A stretch of 56,740 bases of DNA from contig JALTXX010000006.1 in assembly GCA_027046625.1 (NCBI GenBank), positions 1 through 56,740 of the forward strand, written 5' to 3'. Source of the DNA: Candidatus Micrarchaeota archaeon. GTDB taxonomy: Archaea; Iainarchaeota; Iainarchaeia; JAADDC01. A model generated the notes under the pieces. It saw only the letters and a program-made list of their open reading frames with translations, was not told the origin of the DNA and made no database searches. The position numbers and the translations under genes were made by a program. The number at the start of each line of letters is the position of its first letter. The stretch's first letter is position 1. Positions 34,981 to 45,916 of this stretch are shown one piece after another.

Positions 34981-35926
34981 ATATCAATAGTTTTCCATTT
35001 ACCATAATAGGTTTAGCGTCAACTTCTATAGTTGGTTCTATAATGATGATTTCTTCATGTACAGTAGCGTCGTTTTCCCCTCCGATGTCTACATTTCTTC
35101 CAAAGGCTAAAAACACAGATCCTAAAGATTTTTCATCCTCCAGAGTAATGCCTGTCACCTTTGCATTGGGATTGGTGCCTATACCAAAGGCTCCCACTGT
35201 GAGGGCCTTTTCCCCATAGGGATGAAGCACCCCTTTGAGTTTCTCCCCAAGATCTCCCTTAAATTCTGTTATCTTTCCTCCCTTGATGGTTATGGTACCC
35301 TCTCCTATCCCTCTAAAAGAATGAAATACAACCCTTCCTTCTACGTTCATCTCCTTAGGAGCTATATAGACGCTTCCTGCAGGGAGGTTTCCAAAGCTGC
35401 CAGGTTTAGAATAGTCCCCGTCGTCCAGTATCCATGTTCTGTCAGATACATCCAATCTTAAAAGGGTGCCAAATCTGTTGGTTATCTTTATGATATGGGC
35501 ATTCTTAACCGCCTTGTACACCCTTTCTGTAATGCTCTTTAGTTCCTTATAGTCTACATCTACAGCTCTCCTTATGATATCCTCCGTTATCATGGGGAGA
35601 GTTGCACCTCTGGCTCCCTCCTTAGTGGCTTCCTCTCTAGCCTTTGTGTGGGTAAGAGAATATGTAGTAGGAGCAATAAATACATCCGCACTTGCCATAG
35701 CCTTTGAAACCACTCTAGGAGGTTCATCTCCGTGAAACCTAGTGGGTTTCATTACAAGGAAAGTTACAATACCTCCCACAGCTTCAGCAGCTAGGGCAAA
35801 GGCTTTACCTATTTCTTCTTTGTTGTGATCTGTTATGATCACAACCTCTTCCCCAGGCTTGATTTTGAGGGATTCGTTTACAGCTCTAAATACACCTCTC
35901 ATGATGCCTATCATGGTAATATACAA
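34979..35926 (-). CDS. Aminopeptidase, M29 (AmpS/aminopeptidase T)-like
   Basis: N-terminus RAVNESLKIKPGEEVVIITD...EIGKAFALAAEAVGG and the overall length resemble short archaeal COG2309 proteins. Confidence 0.5.
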   Translation of the reverse strand: MYITMIGIMRGVFRAVNESLKIKPGEEVVIITDHNKEEIGKAFALAAEAVGGIVTFLVMKPTRFHGDEPPRVVSKAMASADVFIAPTTYSLTHTKAREEATKEGARGATLPMITEDIIRRAVDVDYKELKSITERVYKAVKNAHIIKITNRFGTLLRLDVSDRTWILDDGDYSKPGSFGNLPAGSVYIAPKEMNVEGRVVFHSFRGIGEGTITIKGGKITEFKGDLGEKLKGVLHPYGEKALTVGAFGIGTNPNAKVTGITLEDEKSLGSVFLAFGRNVDIGGENDATVHEEIIIIEPTIEVDAKPIMVNGKLLI

Positions 35927-35969
35927 TCTACGTAATCACTTAAAATAGACAGTTCTATACATTATCCCG

Positions 35970-37418
35970 ATGGATGTAAAGCGTCTAGCAAGCTTTTGCC
36001 AGAAAGTGGGTATAGCATACAAAACAGCAGAAGAATACGGAGGTTTGGCAGGCTTCTACGACTGGGGTGTGAGGGGGGCCCAGATAAAGAAGAATGTGAA
36101 GGATGTGTGGTGGAGCTACTTTGTGGAGAGAAACGAGCTTATAGGCGGTATGGACGGCTCCATCATAACTCATCCAAAAGTTTGGGAGGCATCCGGACAT
36201 GTTGGGGAATTCCATGACCCTATTGTAAAGTGTACAAAGTGCGGAAATGTGTATAGAGCAGATCATTTGGTGGAAGATGTGAAGGGAGTAAACGCAGAGG
36301 GCTTATCCCTTGAAGAGCTAGCTAAAATACTAAAAGATGTGAAGTGTCCCTCCTGTGGTGGTGAGCTGGGAGATGTAAGCTACTTTAACCTTATGTTTTC
36401 CACAAAGGTTGGTCCATATGAAGGAACTGTTTCATATCTCAGACCAGAGACCGCTCAATTGATCTTTGTAGATTTCCCTGAACACTATATTCACATGAGA
36501 AAGCGTCTGCCCTTTGGGATTGCCCAGATGGGGAAAGCCTATAGAAATGAAATCAGTCCAAGAGGATTTCTCTTTAGATTAAGAGAGTTTGAGCAGATGG
36601 AAATAGAGTTCTTCTTTGATCCTGAAAATGATGAGTCACCCTTTTACAGGGAGATAAAGCATACAAAGGTGCGCGCAAAGCCCTGGAAGGGAGAGGAAGA
36701 CGTTTATATGCTGGATGACATCATCGATGATTACAAGGGTAGAGAGTGGATGATATACTGGATATACCATTCTTTGAAATTTTTCGAGCTGGTGGGTGTG
36801 GACATGGATAGGGTTAGGATAAGGCAACAATCTCCAGAGGAGAGAGCCCATTATTCCATGGATACGTGGGATGTAGAGTTCTACTTTGACGATATGGGGT
36901 GGAAAGAGATTGAAGGCATAGCCCACCGTTCAGACTATGATCTTAGCAGGCATAGAACGTTTTCAAAGAGTGATAAGTATGTAGTTAGGATGGGTGGTAG
37001 AAGTTTTGTGCCGTGGGTGGTAGAACCCTCATGGGGTGTGGAGAGAACGATACTAGCCATTCTTTACTCTTCCTATAGAGAGGATGAAGAGAGGGTATGG
37101 CTGGATCTAAAACCATGGATAGCCCCTGTTCAGGTGGCGGTATTCCCCCTTCTTTCTAGAGATAATCTTCCAGAGGAGGCAAGAAGGATATACTATACTC
37201 TTCGAGCACTTTTCAGAACCGAGTATGACGAAGGTGGTAGCATAGGAAAAAGATATAGGAGATATGATGAAATAGGCACACCCTATGCAGTAACAGTAGA
37301 TTATCAGACACTGGAAGACAAAACTGTAACTGTCAGAGAAAGAAATACAATGAAACAGGAAAGGGTGGGCATAGATGAACTTTTGCCCTATTTGGGGGAG
37401 AGAATGAGATGGACCTGA
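35970..37418 (+). CDS. glyS: Glycyl-tRNA synthetase (archaeal/eukaryotic type), compact at 482 aa
   Basis: EEYGGLAGFYDWGVRG, SGHVGEFHDPIV.C..CG..YRADHL, YRNEISPRGFLFRLREFEQME, and a C-terminal anticodon-binding domain. Confidence 0.85.
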   Translation: MDVKRLASFCQKVGIAYKTAEEYGGLAGFYDWGVRGAQIKKNVKDVWWSYFVERNELIGGMDGSIITHPKVWEASGHVGEFHDPIVKCTKCGNVYRADHLVEDVKGVNAEGLSLEELAKILKDVKCPSCGGELGDVSYFNLMFSTKVGPYEGTVSYLRPETAQLIFVDFPEHYIHMRKRLPFGIAQMGKAYRNEISPRGFLFRLREFEQMEIEFFFDPENDESPFYREIKHTKVRAKPWKGEEDVYMLDDIIDDYKGREWMIYWIYHSLKFFELVGVDMDRVRIRQQSPEERAHYSMDTWDVEFYFDDMGWKEIEGIAHRSDYDLSRHRTFSKSDKYVVRMGGRSFVPWVVEPSWGVERTILAILYSSYREDEERVWLDLKPWIAPVQVAVFPLLSRDNLPEEARRIYYTLRALFRTEYDEGGSIGKRYRRYDEIGTPYAVTVDYQTLEDKTVTVRERNTMKQERVGIDELLPYLGERMRWT

Positions 37419-38023
37419 AGAAATTAGAAGAGCTCATAAGATCCTGTAGAAAATGCCCTCTCCACAAGAACAGAACTAATGCCGTCCCAGGAGAGGGTGG
37501 GTTTAAGAAAAGGATTCTCCTTGTGGGAGAGGCTCCCGGGAGAAACGAAGATATACAAGGAAGACCCTTTGTGGGAGCTGCCGGGAAGTTACTGGATTCC
37601 CTGCTGGGGGAAGTAGGATTGAGTAGGGAGGATGTGTACATCACAAACATCATAAAGTGTCGCCCTCCCAATAACAGGGACCCCACTGATGAGGAGATAC
37701 ATGCATGCACCCCATATCTCAATCAACAAGTAGAGCTGTTGAATCCTCGTATAATTATGACGCTGGGGAGGTTTTCCTGGGCGTGGGCAGCGGAACGGTT
37801 TGGGTTGGAGTACAGAAAGCTTACAGATGTAAGAGGAAAAGTATTTAGGGTTTCCACACTTCTGGGAAGATTTAGTGTTATACCAACATTTCATCCGGCT
37901 GCTGCTCTCCGAAGAAGAGAGCTAACAGACCTTATTAGGGATGATTTTTTAACTCTGAGGGAGGAGTTAAGTTATTATGAAGGAGCTTCTTCAGAAGAGG
38001 GAAGAGATCCTAAAACCTCTTAG
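37409..38023 (+). CDS. udg: Uracil-DNA glycosylase, family 4
   Basis: CRKCPL...ILLVGEAPGRNEDIQGRPFVGAAGKLLD and HPAAALR. Confidence 0.85.
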   Translation: MDLKKLEELIRSCRKCPLHKNRTNAVPGEGGFKKRILLVGEAPGRNEDIQGRPFVGAAGKLLDSLLGEVGLSREDVYITNIIKCRPPNNRDPTDEEIHACTPYLNQQVELLNPRIIMTLGRFSWAWAAERFGLEYRKLTDVRGKVFRVSTLLGRFSVIPTFHPAAALRRRELTDLIRDDFLTLREELSYYEGASSEEGRDPKTS

Positions 38024-38960
38024 AACGGCAAAAAGACTTCTAATTATAGGAGACGACGATGCTGATGGTATTATAGCGGCTCATCTTCTTTCCAAGTACG
38101 TTAGTAGGCTAAATCCCTATGTAAGCATTCTTATTTCCTTTCCTCCAAGAGAGGATATTGACAGAGAGGTGGAGCAGCATAAAAATTATACGCCAGTATT
38201 CCTTGATACCAGACCAAAGAAATTCCCAGAGGGGTCCATATTTATAGACCACCATCCCGTTGATGCGCCAGAAAATGTATACGCATTTAACCCCCATCTT
38301 CTCGGGATAAAAGATGCTTCTAGATATAACACGGGCTTTCTTGTGTACCTTCTTTTTAGGGATGAAATAGAGAAGGGGGGAGATCTGTGGAAGGTAGCCG
38401 TATCTTCCTACCATGACGCATCCTACGACTTTCTAAGAAACTTCTTCAAAGAGTTTGACATGGAGAAGATCAAAAAGGCGGACAACTATATTAGTGCAGC
38501 CGTTCCAAATGAAATTCCCCATCTTCTATCCCTTCTGGAGAGGAGTAAAACACTTGATGAGTTTCTTTCTGACGAAAAGCTGAAAGAGATAGCAGAAGAA
38601 AGAGAGCGCATATTTAAGGAGCTTCTAAATAACTATGAGAAGTACTGTGTACACTGTGAAGGTAGGAGGATCATTCTACTCCTTCCGGAGGAGTATAGCA
38701 TCTTTAAGAACTCCTTATCCACAGCTCTGTCCTTTAGAAACCCAGAAAAAATAATAGCTGTGGGTACAAAGAAAGGACAAATGTATGACTTCTCTCTTAG
38801 GTTTCAGGGGGCAGAAAAGGAAGAGATACACCTTGGAAAAATGGCTAGGGAATTATCCCAGAAGTGGGGAGGGAGCGGAGGCGGACACGCGCCGGCAGCG
38901 GGCATTAAATTTAAGGAGGAGCATCTAAAGGAGTTTCTTGAGCTGCTCAAGCAGCTTTAG
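37977..38960 (+). CDS. DHH/DHHA1 phosphoesterase (RecJ/NrnA-like)
   Basis: IIGDDDADGIIAAHL, IDHHP, GGSGGGHAPAAG. Confidence 0.65.
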   Translation: MKELLQKREEILKPLRTAKRLLIIGDDDADGIIAAHLLSKYVSRLNPYVSILISFPPREDIDREVEQHKNYTPVFLDTRPKKFPEGSIFIDHHPVDAPENVYAFNPHLLGIKDASRYNTGFLVYLLFRDEIEKGGDLWKVAVSSYHDASYDFLRNFFKEFDMEKIKKADNYISAAVPNEIPHLLSLLERSKTLDEFLSDEKLKEIAEERERIFKELLNNYEKYCVHCEGRRIILLLPEEYSIFKNSLSTALSFRNPEKIIAVGTKKGQMYDFSLRFQGAEKEEIHLGKMARELSQKWGGSGGGHAPAAGIKFKEEHLKEFLELLKQL

Positions 38961-41495
38961 CGGATCGTCCACCGTAAAGTATGCTCTATCTCCTTTTCCT
39001 CCACCCTTTGCTCCAAGCCTCTTTAGAGTGTCTATGATATCTTTTTTGCCAAATATCATTATGTTAGGTTTGCCCTCTTTGGAGACCACAATTAGAGGCT
39101 TACCGTATGCTTCGTACACATAGTTTGCAGTTTCTACATCAATAGAATTCACTATTAACATACCACTACCTATTTTTTCCTTTAGAAGCTCTGCTATCTG
39201 CCTTTTTAGCCTGCTTTTCTCCTTTTCACCCTCCTTTACCTCTTCTAACAATCTTTTTGTAGAAGAGGGTAGTTGATCTATCCCCACCCTAAGGTTTTGC
39301 GAAGTCTCCCTCAAGATATCTGTAATGTGCTGTACATACTCAATGGATGCCTCTCCAGCCTTGTATGTCAATCTTTCCACTCCATCAGCTATGCTCTTCC
39401 TTGATACTATCTTTATGAATCCTATTTCTCCGGTCTTTTTTACGTGGGTACCTCCACAAGCCTCTACGTCGACACCCTCAATTTCTACAATCCTTAGGGT
39501 TCCTCCGGGAACGGCACCGCCCTGGTATATAGTAATTCCATAATGTTTCTCAGCCTCTGCTCGCTTCATCCATTTTATAATAACATTTCTGTTCTCCATC
39601 ACAATTCTGTTGGCTTCTCTCTCTATTTCTTTTACCTCTTCTGGAGAGAGGGGCCGGTAAAAGGAGATATCTATATGAGCCTCATCCTCCCCTTTATGGG
39701 CTCCTTCCTGCCACACCATGTGCTTTAGAACCCTTCTTGTAGCAGCAAGTACAATATGGGTTGCTGTGTGGTGTTTCATAAGTCTGTACCTTCTTTTCCA
39801 GTCAATTTTACCTCTTATGATCTCTCCTACCTTTGGTGGATTTTCTTCCACTTTGTGTAGTATAACACCGTTCTTTTTCTGCACATCTGTTACTTTGCTA
39901 TTGTTTATCCACCCTCTATCAGATTCTTGGCCTCCACCTTCAGGATAGAAAGCTGTTTTATCCAGTATTACCCATCCATCTCTAATATCTAGTACTTTTG
40001 CCTGAAATTCTACCATGTACGGATCCTTATAGTACAATGGCTCTGTCTTTGGGAGATCTGACACGTCTGGAAGTGTATCCTTCTTTTTCTTTGGTCTAGG
40101 CGTTTCTAGTTCCTCGTAAAACGATATTTCCTCCATCGGAACATTTGTTATACTTTTCGCATCTTCTGGTGTAATGCCATAGCTTTCGTAGAGAAGCTTT
40201 AGATCGTCTTTGGTTAGATAGCCCTTTTTTGCTAGCACAAGCACCTTCTTAGCACCTCTTTCCTTACTCTCCTCATATCTCTTTCTCTCCAGTGAGATAA
40301 TCTCCAAGAGGGTGTTAACACTCTCATACAGTTCTGGAAAGAGGCTGTCCTCCGAAAGTAGAGAAAGGATTCTTCCATAATCTAGCTCTGTCTCCATCTT
40401 CTTCTCAAAAGAAAACACCCTTCTTAGGAGAATCCTAAGGTTGTGCCCGCCTCTTACGTTAGAGGGGTATGCTCCATCGTGTGCCGCAAGGAGAAGGGTA
40501 TAGAGATGATCCGAAATGGCATATACCATAGATAGTTTTAGATAGTCCTTCCAAAGCTCTGGGAAGCGGCTCTCTAGTTCCTTAATACTGTTGGGATCCT
40601 CTTCTACATCCACAAACCCTGCAACCTTTACGATTTCTTTAAGTCCTTCCTTAGAGATGTGAATATCCACCATCCTTTCGAGGTAGTCCGTGGTCTTAGG
40701 GAATACCACCCTGTATGATACAGGTTCCCCACTCCTTATCCACGCAAACCTAGAGAGTCCTATACCATGATCGAGAACCTTTATGGGTAGTTCTTTATAC
40801 CCACCGCCTGAAAACTCGTATTGCATAAACACAATGTTTCCGAGCTCCAACCCTTCTACAAAATACTCTAATGATGGTCCGAAGTTTCCACCGCCCATCC
40901 ACACATCTTCGTGGAATACAATTTTATCCTCAGGTATTCCTACCTCCTTTGTCATGTACTCAAAGATTTGTCTTACCGCTTCGTCCTTCCACACAGTGGT
41001 TTTCTCCTTGTTAAACGCATGCTGGCCCACCATTACGAAGCTTGTGAAATGCCTACCTGTAATTCCCACGTTTTGTATATCCTTGAAGCGAAGAGAAGGT
41101 TGTGGGATAAGTAGAGGGTTTGCTGGAGGATCCGCCTCACCTCTAACCACATATGGCTGAAATACAGCTATAGATGCTATGGTAAAGAAGAGGTCATCCC
41201 TCCAACGGGCGACGACGGGGTATCTGTCCAAGATTTCGTGATTGTATTTCCGATAAAAATCTGCCATCTCCCTCCATGTTTCCTTGTAGGAAAGGAATTT
41301 TCCGATAGGTTCCCCTACGAATGTGTACCCACTATGATGAGGCTCGCCACATTCTGTTCTTTCCTCATCCAGTGTCCAAAAGGTCTTTCCACAGGAACAC
41401 TTTTTTCTTTTGAAGTCATATTCTTCGAAGAAAGGTATCTTGTAATGTTTTTCCCACTCTTTTGAGAATAGGGCTTGCAGTTCCTTCTTATCCAT
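38925..41495 (-). CDS. alaS: Alanyl-tRNA synthetase
   Basis: Archaeal AlaRS N-terminus (CSCGK.FWT), editing-domain motifs HHTATHIV and CGGTHV. Confidence 0.9.
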   Translation of the reverse strand: MDKKELQALFSKEWEKHYKIPFFEEYDFKRKKCSCGKTFWTLDEERTECGEPHHSGYTFVGEPIGKFLSYKETWREMADFYRKYNHEILDRYPVVARWRDDLFFTIASIAVFQPYVVRGEADPPANPLLIPQPSLRFKDIQNVGITGRHFTSFVMVGQHAFNKEKTTVWKDEAVRQIFEYMTKEVGIPEDKIVFHEDVWMGGGNFGPSLEYFVEGLELGNIVFMQYEFSGGGYKELPIKVLDHGIGLSRFAWIRSGEPVSYRVVFPKTTDYLERMVDIHISKEGLKEIVKVAGFVDVEEDPNSIKELESRFPELWKDYLKLSMVYAISDHLYTLLLAAHDGAYPSNVRGGHNLRILLRRVFSFEKKMETELDYGRILSLLSEDSLFPELYESVNTLLEIISLERKRYEESKERGAKKVLVLAKKGYLTKDDLKLLYESYGITPEDAKSITNVPMEEISFYEELETPRPKKKKDTLPDVSDLPKTEPLYYKDPYMVEFQAKVLDIRDGWVILDKTAFYPEGGGQESDRGWINNSKVTDVQKKNGVILHKVEENPPKVGEIIRGKIDWKRRYRLMKHHTATHIVLAATRRVLKHMVWQEGAHKGEDEAHIDISFYRPLSPEEVKEIEREANRIVMENRNVIIKWMKRAEAEKHYGITIYQGGAVPGGTLRIVEIEGVDVEACGGTHVKKTGEIGFIKIVSRKSIADGVERLTYKAGEASIEYVQHITDILRETSQNLRVGIDQLPSSTKRLLEEVKEGEKEKSRLKRQIAELLKEKIGSGMLIVNSIDVETANYVYEAYGKPLIVVSKEGKPNIMIFGKKDIIDTLKRLGAKGGGKGDRAYFTVDDPLKLLEQLKKLL

Positions 41496-41519
41496 CTTTA
41501 TAAGTGTTGTGGCAAGGAT

Positions 41520-44500
41520 TTAAAAGTAGTCTTCTATGGTTATCTGTCGTCTTTTCTCAACAGGCTGTTCTACTTTCTCCTCAAAGAAACTGTCAAGTGT
41601 TCTGCTTGTACTCTCTATGTACTTTAGGAACTTGGAGGGATTGATACTTCTGTCGAAAACGTACAATATCTTGTCATATCGGCCTGTAATCTCTTCCACG
41701 TACGGCATGGGATAGATTTTGAGCCCTTTTCTCATTACATGGGACACAGTTCTTGCATACATAGATTTTGTTGCCTTTTTCCTTCCCATAACCTCGGGAT
41801 CCATGGCATACACCCATGCGATCCTATCCCCTCTCACATACCTAACATCAGGAAACTCCTTCATCTCAGCCTCTGCTGCATACACTCCAGCAGACCCCTT
41901 AGATTCATACTCATCAAGGTTTTTGCTGAGCTCTGTAAATCTTACAAACTGCTCTATAGGATACTTTCCATCAAGAATGTCTGTTATAATACGCCTTAGT
42001 CTATCTTCCAGAAATTGTATGAGGGTCCTTACAAATCCATCCCAGTCTTTTACATCCCTTAGCATGGTTCTTAGTTCTCCGTATTTGTCTGGTATAAGGG
42101 AGGGATCCGGAGAGCCTCTCTTAAGTGATTCAAAATAATCAAAAAGATCAAACATGAGCTCCAAAAGGTACATCTGCTCATCCCTTGAAATTCTGGAAAA
42201 GTTTCTTTTCTTTGCTTCGAGACCCTTCAGCTGGATCTTTTCTCCCTTTACTGATGCATAGTTCTTTGCCATAAGAAAGAGTGCCTTGTCAAAGTACTTG
42301 TCAAACTCCAGCACGAAGTTAAAGGGTTTGTATAGATGGCTTGTACAAAATTCACCCAACCAACCTGCCAGCTTGTCGAGACCTACCTGTTTATACATAG
42401 ACTCTAGGTCCTCTGCTGGTTCTATACCATCCTCTCTTAGCTTCTCCTGAAGGTAAGATTTCCAAAGGGGTATTAGGTCATCTACCGGCTGAAATATGTT
42501 GTAATGTTTAGCATAATTTGGTAGATGTTTTTGTATATACTGCTTCGCCTCTTCATATTCCTTTATGTATCTTTCTCTGGTCTTTCTTGCATCCTCTGAA
42601 GGACGGGACCATAGAATATTATCCTTAAGCGTAATCATAACAGAATCTGTATCTCCGGAGATAACCTTGAATCCTGCCTTCTCCATGAACTCTCTCGTTC
42701 TCATAATGAGCCAGCGTCCAAAAGCCGTTATGGACTCGGCGGACCGCCTCTCATACCATCTAAACCTTGTGTATCCCAACACACCGTAGGTGGAGTTTAT
42801 GAGGAATTTGAAGGCAGTTTGCTTGGTATCCATAATCTCTGCTTGTGAAAGAAGCTCTTTCAGGAACCTTTCATCTTCATACTGCTCTATTCTATCTATT
42901 ATGTCTTTTACCATCTTTTTTACCTCTTCTTTTAGCTGTTCATTCTCTAAGGTTTTTCTAACCGTCTCTTTGGGATTAGGAGACTCCTTCGCCTTTTCAT
43001 AGAGTTTAAAGAGCACTTTTGCAGCCTTCTTCATATGTATTCTATTGGACAGCATCGATCTTACTACCTTACTCACGAAGGACTCTTTTATGTGTTGGGA
43101 CACAAAACCGTGGTATACAAAGGGAGCAAGATTCACCTCTTCACCCTTTATTCCCCTTTCCAGTCCATCTCTCTCAAAGATAAGGTTTTTACCATCCTCT
43201 CTTACAAAGGTTCCAATCAGAGAATCCGTTCCTATGTTGAAGTTTACAATAATATTAGGATAGAGAGACTGGAAATCAAGGATAGCAACTCCTTTTACGA
43301 TGGATGGATCCGGATGGATTACAAATGCTCCTCTGTATTTTTCCTCCTCCTCTTTGTTTTCCTCCCCGGGGGAGGGAGGAATAAGGATACCTTCCCTCAT
43401 GGCTTCTCTTCCGAATAGCACAGTGAGGATCTTTGAGTTAGGCCACTTTACAATAAATTGGATGGGTATGTTTGTAATATTAGATAAAATAAGCATTTGG
43501 GGGAGGAAAGAGAATGTAAGTTTTAGGGTAGCATAAGCATCATCCATGTTGTACCTTATTACCCTCTCTCTGTCTTTTTTCCACTCTGTTTCCATATCTG
43601 TAGATGAAAGATCTATGATAACCCGCTCCTCGGAGGGTAAGATGCCCAATTCTGCTGCCACATTTTTGAGGGTAAGGGGAGTGATGTTGCCCACAAGGGG
43701 CTTAAACATGGGTAGCTTTATAAGCTGGAAAATGTCCACATTCAACCTTCCTGGAACAAAAACCGTCTTCTCTTTTACGGAGCTGGGAGTTATCATGCTA
43801 AATGAAGGATCTTTATCTCCCATTTCTATAATTCTAAGCTCTTCGTCGTCAAAGGCTGCAGATATTAGCCTTACAAGGTCATGGTAAACACCTAGGTGTT
43901 TAGCTCTCTCTAAGAGGAAAGGCCAATCGAAAGAATCGGAGTTATAGCCGGATATAATGAAGATCTTGTTCTCTGCTATGATCTTGCCAAATTCCAGTAT
44001 CATTTGAGACTCGCTGTTGAAATATCTTACTTCTACAGGCCTTTCTCTATAGGGAAGCTCTTTTATCTCCTCACTATTGTCAAGGAAGGCGGACTTGTTT
44101 ACAAGTACTATGAACTTCAGTTCATCCCCTTTTGCTATGGCCAGTGATATAAGGAATATAGGATGCTCCCTTGGCTTGGGAAACATATCTCTTGGATGGG
44201 CAACCTCTATATCAAATGATGCTACAGGAAGAGAGGAAAGGTTTAGCTCCTCTTCCAGAGGCTCCAAATACACCACATCTCCTATAAGAAGCTCCCCTCT
44301 AACATCTTCCCTCCTTTCTACATTTGAAAGAATTACTCTAAGGGGTTTTGCGGGTACGGAACCGTCTATCATAACTCTCATAAGATATTTGATATCGTCC
44401 TCGTAGGTTTGTATACCTCTACTTCCAAGGATAACCCTTAATTTTCTTATAAGGGTAGGAGCTTTGACGTAGATCCTTGTATATCCTCTTGGATCGGGGG

Positions 44501-44714
44501 AAAATGTTATTACACCGTCAAAGTTGGCCTCCTTAATAGCCTTTTTTGCCAATCCTTCCTTGTCTCTGTCTATTAGGAGGAAAGGTCTATGTCTTCTATA
44601 GTATGCAGAGATGAAGCGGTGTTCATCTATGTCAAATAGGTATATCTTTAGCTTTGTTGATCCATCCGGGTCGTCCTTTATTTTATAGTATATGGGGTAT
44701 GCCCGTACCTCCAC
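41520..44714 (-). CDS. polB: Family B DNA polymerase (long, 1064 aa)
   Basis: Exo I FDIEV, Exo II YNSDSFDWPFL, Exo III YNMDDA, Pol A DFQSLYPNII, Pol B INSTYGVLGY, Pol C SGDTDSVM. Confidence 0.9.
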   Translation of the reverse strand: MEVRAYPIYYKIKDDPDGSTKLKIYLFDIDEHRFISAYYRRHRPFLLIDRDKEGLAKKAIKEANFDGVITFSPDPRGYTRIYVKAPTLIRKLRVILGSRGIQTYEDDIKYLMRVMIDGSVPAKPLRVILSNVERREDVRGELLIGDVVYLEPLEEELNLSSLPVASFDIEVAHPRDMFPKPREHPIFLISLAIAKGDELKFIVLVNKSAFLDNSEEIKELPYRERPVEVRYFNSESQMILEFGKIIAENKIFIISGYNSDSFDWPFLLERAKHLGVYHDLVRLISAAFDDEELRIIEMGDKDPSFSMITPSSVKEKTVFVPGRLNVDIFQLIKLPMFKPLVGNITPLTLKNVAAELGILPSEERVIIDLSSTDMETEWKKDRERVIRYNMDDAYATLKLTFSFLPQMLILSNITNIPIQFIVKWPNSKILTVLFGREAMREGILIPPSPGEENKEEEEKYRGAFVIHPDPSIVKGVAILDFQSLYPNIIVNFNIGTDSLIGTFVREDGKNLIFERDGLERGIKGEEVNLAPFVYHGFVSQHIKESFVSKVVRSMLSNRIHMKKAAKVLFKLYEKAKESPNPKETVRKTLENEQLKEEVKKMVKDIIDRIEQYEDERFLKELLSQAEIMDTKQTAFKFLINSTYGVLGYTRFRWYERRSAESITAFGRWLIMRTREFMEKAGFKVISGDTDSVMITLKDNILWSRPSEDARKTRERYIKEYEEAKQYIQKHLPNYAKHYNIFQPVDDLIPLWKSYLQEKLREDGIEPAEDLESMYKQVGLDKLAGWLGEFCTSHLYKPFNFVLEFDKYFDKALFLMAKNYASVKGEKIQLKGLEAKKRNFSRISRDEQMYLLELMFDLFDYFESLKRGSPDPSLIPDKYGELRTMLRDVKDWDGFVRTLIQFLEDRLRRIITDILDGKYPIEQFVRFTELSKNLDEYESKGSAGVYAAEAEMKEFPDVRYVRGDRIAWVYAMDPEVMGRKKATKSMYARTVSHVMRKGLKIYPMPYVEEITGRYDKILYVFDRSINPSKFLKYIESTSRTLDSFFEEKVEQPVEKRRQITIEDYF

Positions 44715-44737
44715 ACTATAGAGATGGTAGGAAGTAA

Positions 44738-45892
44738 CTAAAACTCCCTACCCCACTCTTTTATCCTTCTCCTCTCATCCTCCCTAAAGGAAAAAGATTC
44801 AACCACATCCTCCAAATCCCTTCTTAGGAGCTTTTCCTTCCTTTTTTGGTGGGCCTCTAAGAAATCTGCTATTTTCTTTGCAGCATAATCCTTCAACTCT
44901 CCTGTTAAAAGCTCCCCGGATCTGTACCCTTCCTCTATTTCCCTGATCTTTCTATCATCTTCCTCAAAGAAGTAGTAGAGATAAAGGAACGAAACATCAA
45001 TTTCCGGTCTTCCTCCATACTTTCTATGCTCTTCAACGGTGGGTTGGCCTCCAGAGAAAGCATACTTCATGATTTTTCTCCTTATGGTATCTCTATCGTC
45101 CGTTAACCATATTACCTTCTCCTCCCCTCCATCACTTGTACTCATCTTCCCAGAGGGACTTTCCAGACTTGGCATGAACTTCGAGAGCAGGCCCGCAGTT
45201 TTTACCAGCCCTATACTCTCGGCTACATCTCTAGCCACTCTTATGTAGGGATCTTGATCAATGGCTACAGGAACTAGAACCCTATGGGGGCCGTAGAGTA
45301 TTTGGGGAATGTACAGATGCACCATTTGCATGGCTGGGTAAAACACCCAACCTACATTGGATTCCTGAGTAAGTCCAAAGAGGGCTCTCATGGTAGAGAA
45401 GGTGACCCGCTTGGATACCACCACAGCAGGTCTATATAGCTCGGTATCTTTCATGTCTATGGCTATTCTGGTCTTTTCTGGATTAAACCCCACAGATAGG
45501 ATGTCTAATACATTGTTTAACGCAAATGATTCAACGTCCTTTACTTTTAGCTTTCTCTTCACGAGATATTTCTCATCATCCGAGATGGGAATAAATACAA
45601 AGGCGTCCATTTTATCCTGAAACCATTTTGCTGTGTAAAAAGGCAGTATATGGCCTAAATGCATGGGACCTGACGGACCTCTTCCCGTTACTATGGAAAC
45701 TCTTTTCCCCTCTCTCCAATCTTCTACGAACTTGTCAAAATCTCTGTGCGCATAGAAGTACCCCCTTCTTAGAGGGAGAAGTACGGGTTTTGGAAGCTCC
45801 ATACCTCTTATATCAAGGGGAGCAGCTCCAAACTCTCTCAACAGTCTTTCATAGTCTACCTCACCTTCCACTTCCCATGGTGTAACCTTCAT
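44738..45892 (-). CDS. trpS: Tryptophanyl-tRNA synthetase
   Basis: GRGPSGPMHLGHILPF (HIGH-like), KMSTS, and the archaeal TrpRS N-terminus VTPWEVEG.VDYERL. Confidence 0.9.
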   Translation of the reverse strand: MKVTPWEVEGEVDYERLLREFGAAPLDIRGMELPKPVLLPLRRGYFYAHRDFDKFVEDWREGKRVSIVTGRGPSGPMHLGHILPFYTAKWFQDKMDAFVFIPISDDEKYLVKRKLKVKDVESFALNNVLDILSVGFNPEKTRIAIDMKDTELYRPAVVVSKRVTFSTMRALFGLTQESNVGWVFYPAMQMVHLYIPQILYGPHRVLVPVAIDQDPYIRVARDVAESIGLVKTAGLLSKFMPSLESPSGKMSTSDGGEEKVIWLTDDRDTIRRKIMKYAFSGGQPTVEEHRKYGGRPEIDVSFLYLYYFFEEDDRKIREIEEGYRSGELLTGELKDYAAKKIADFLEAHQKRKEKLLRRDLEDVVESFSFREDERRRIKEWGREF

Positions 45893-45916
45893 GGATGTAT
45901 TGGGAGGTGAGAAGGT

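Noticed and set aside
41520-44714. Possible intein in the long PolB
   Set aside because: Pol motifs A, B and C are intact and uninterrupted. No intein splice-junction or homing-endonuclease (LAGLIDADG) motifs were seen.
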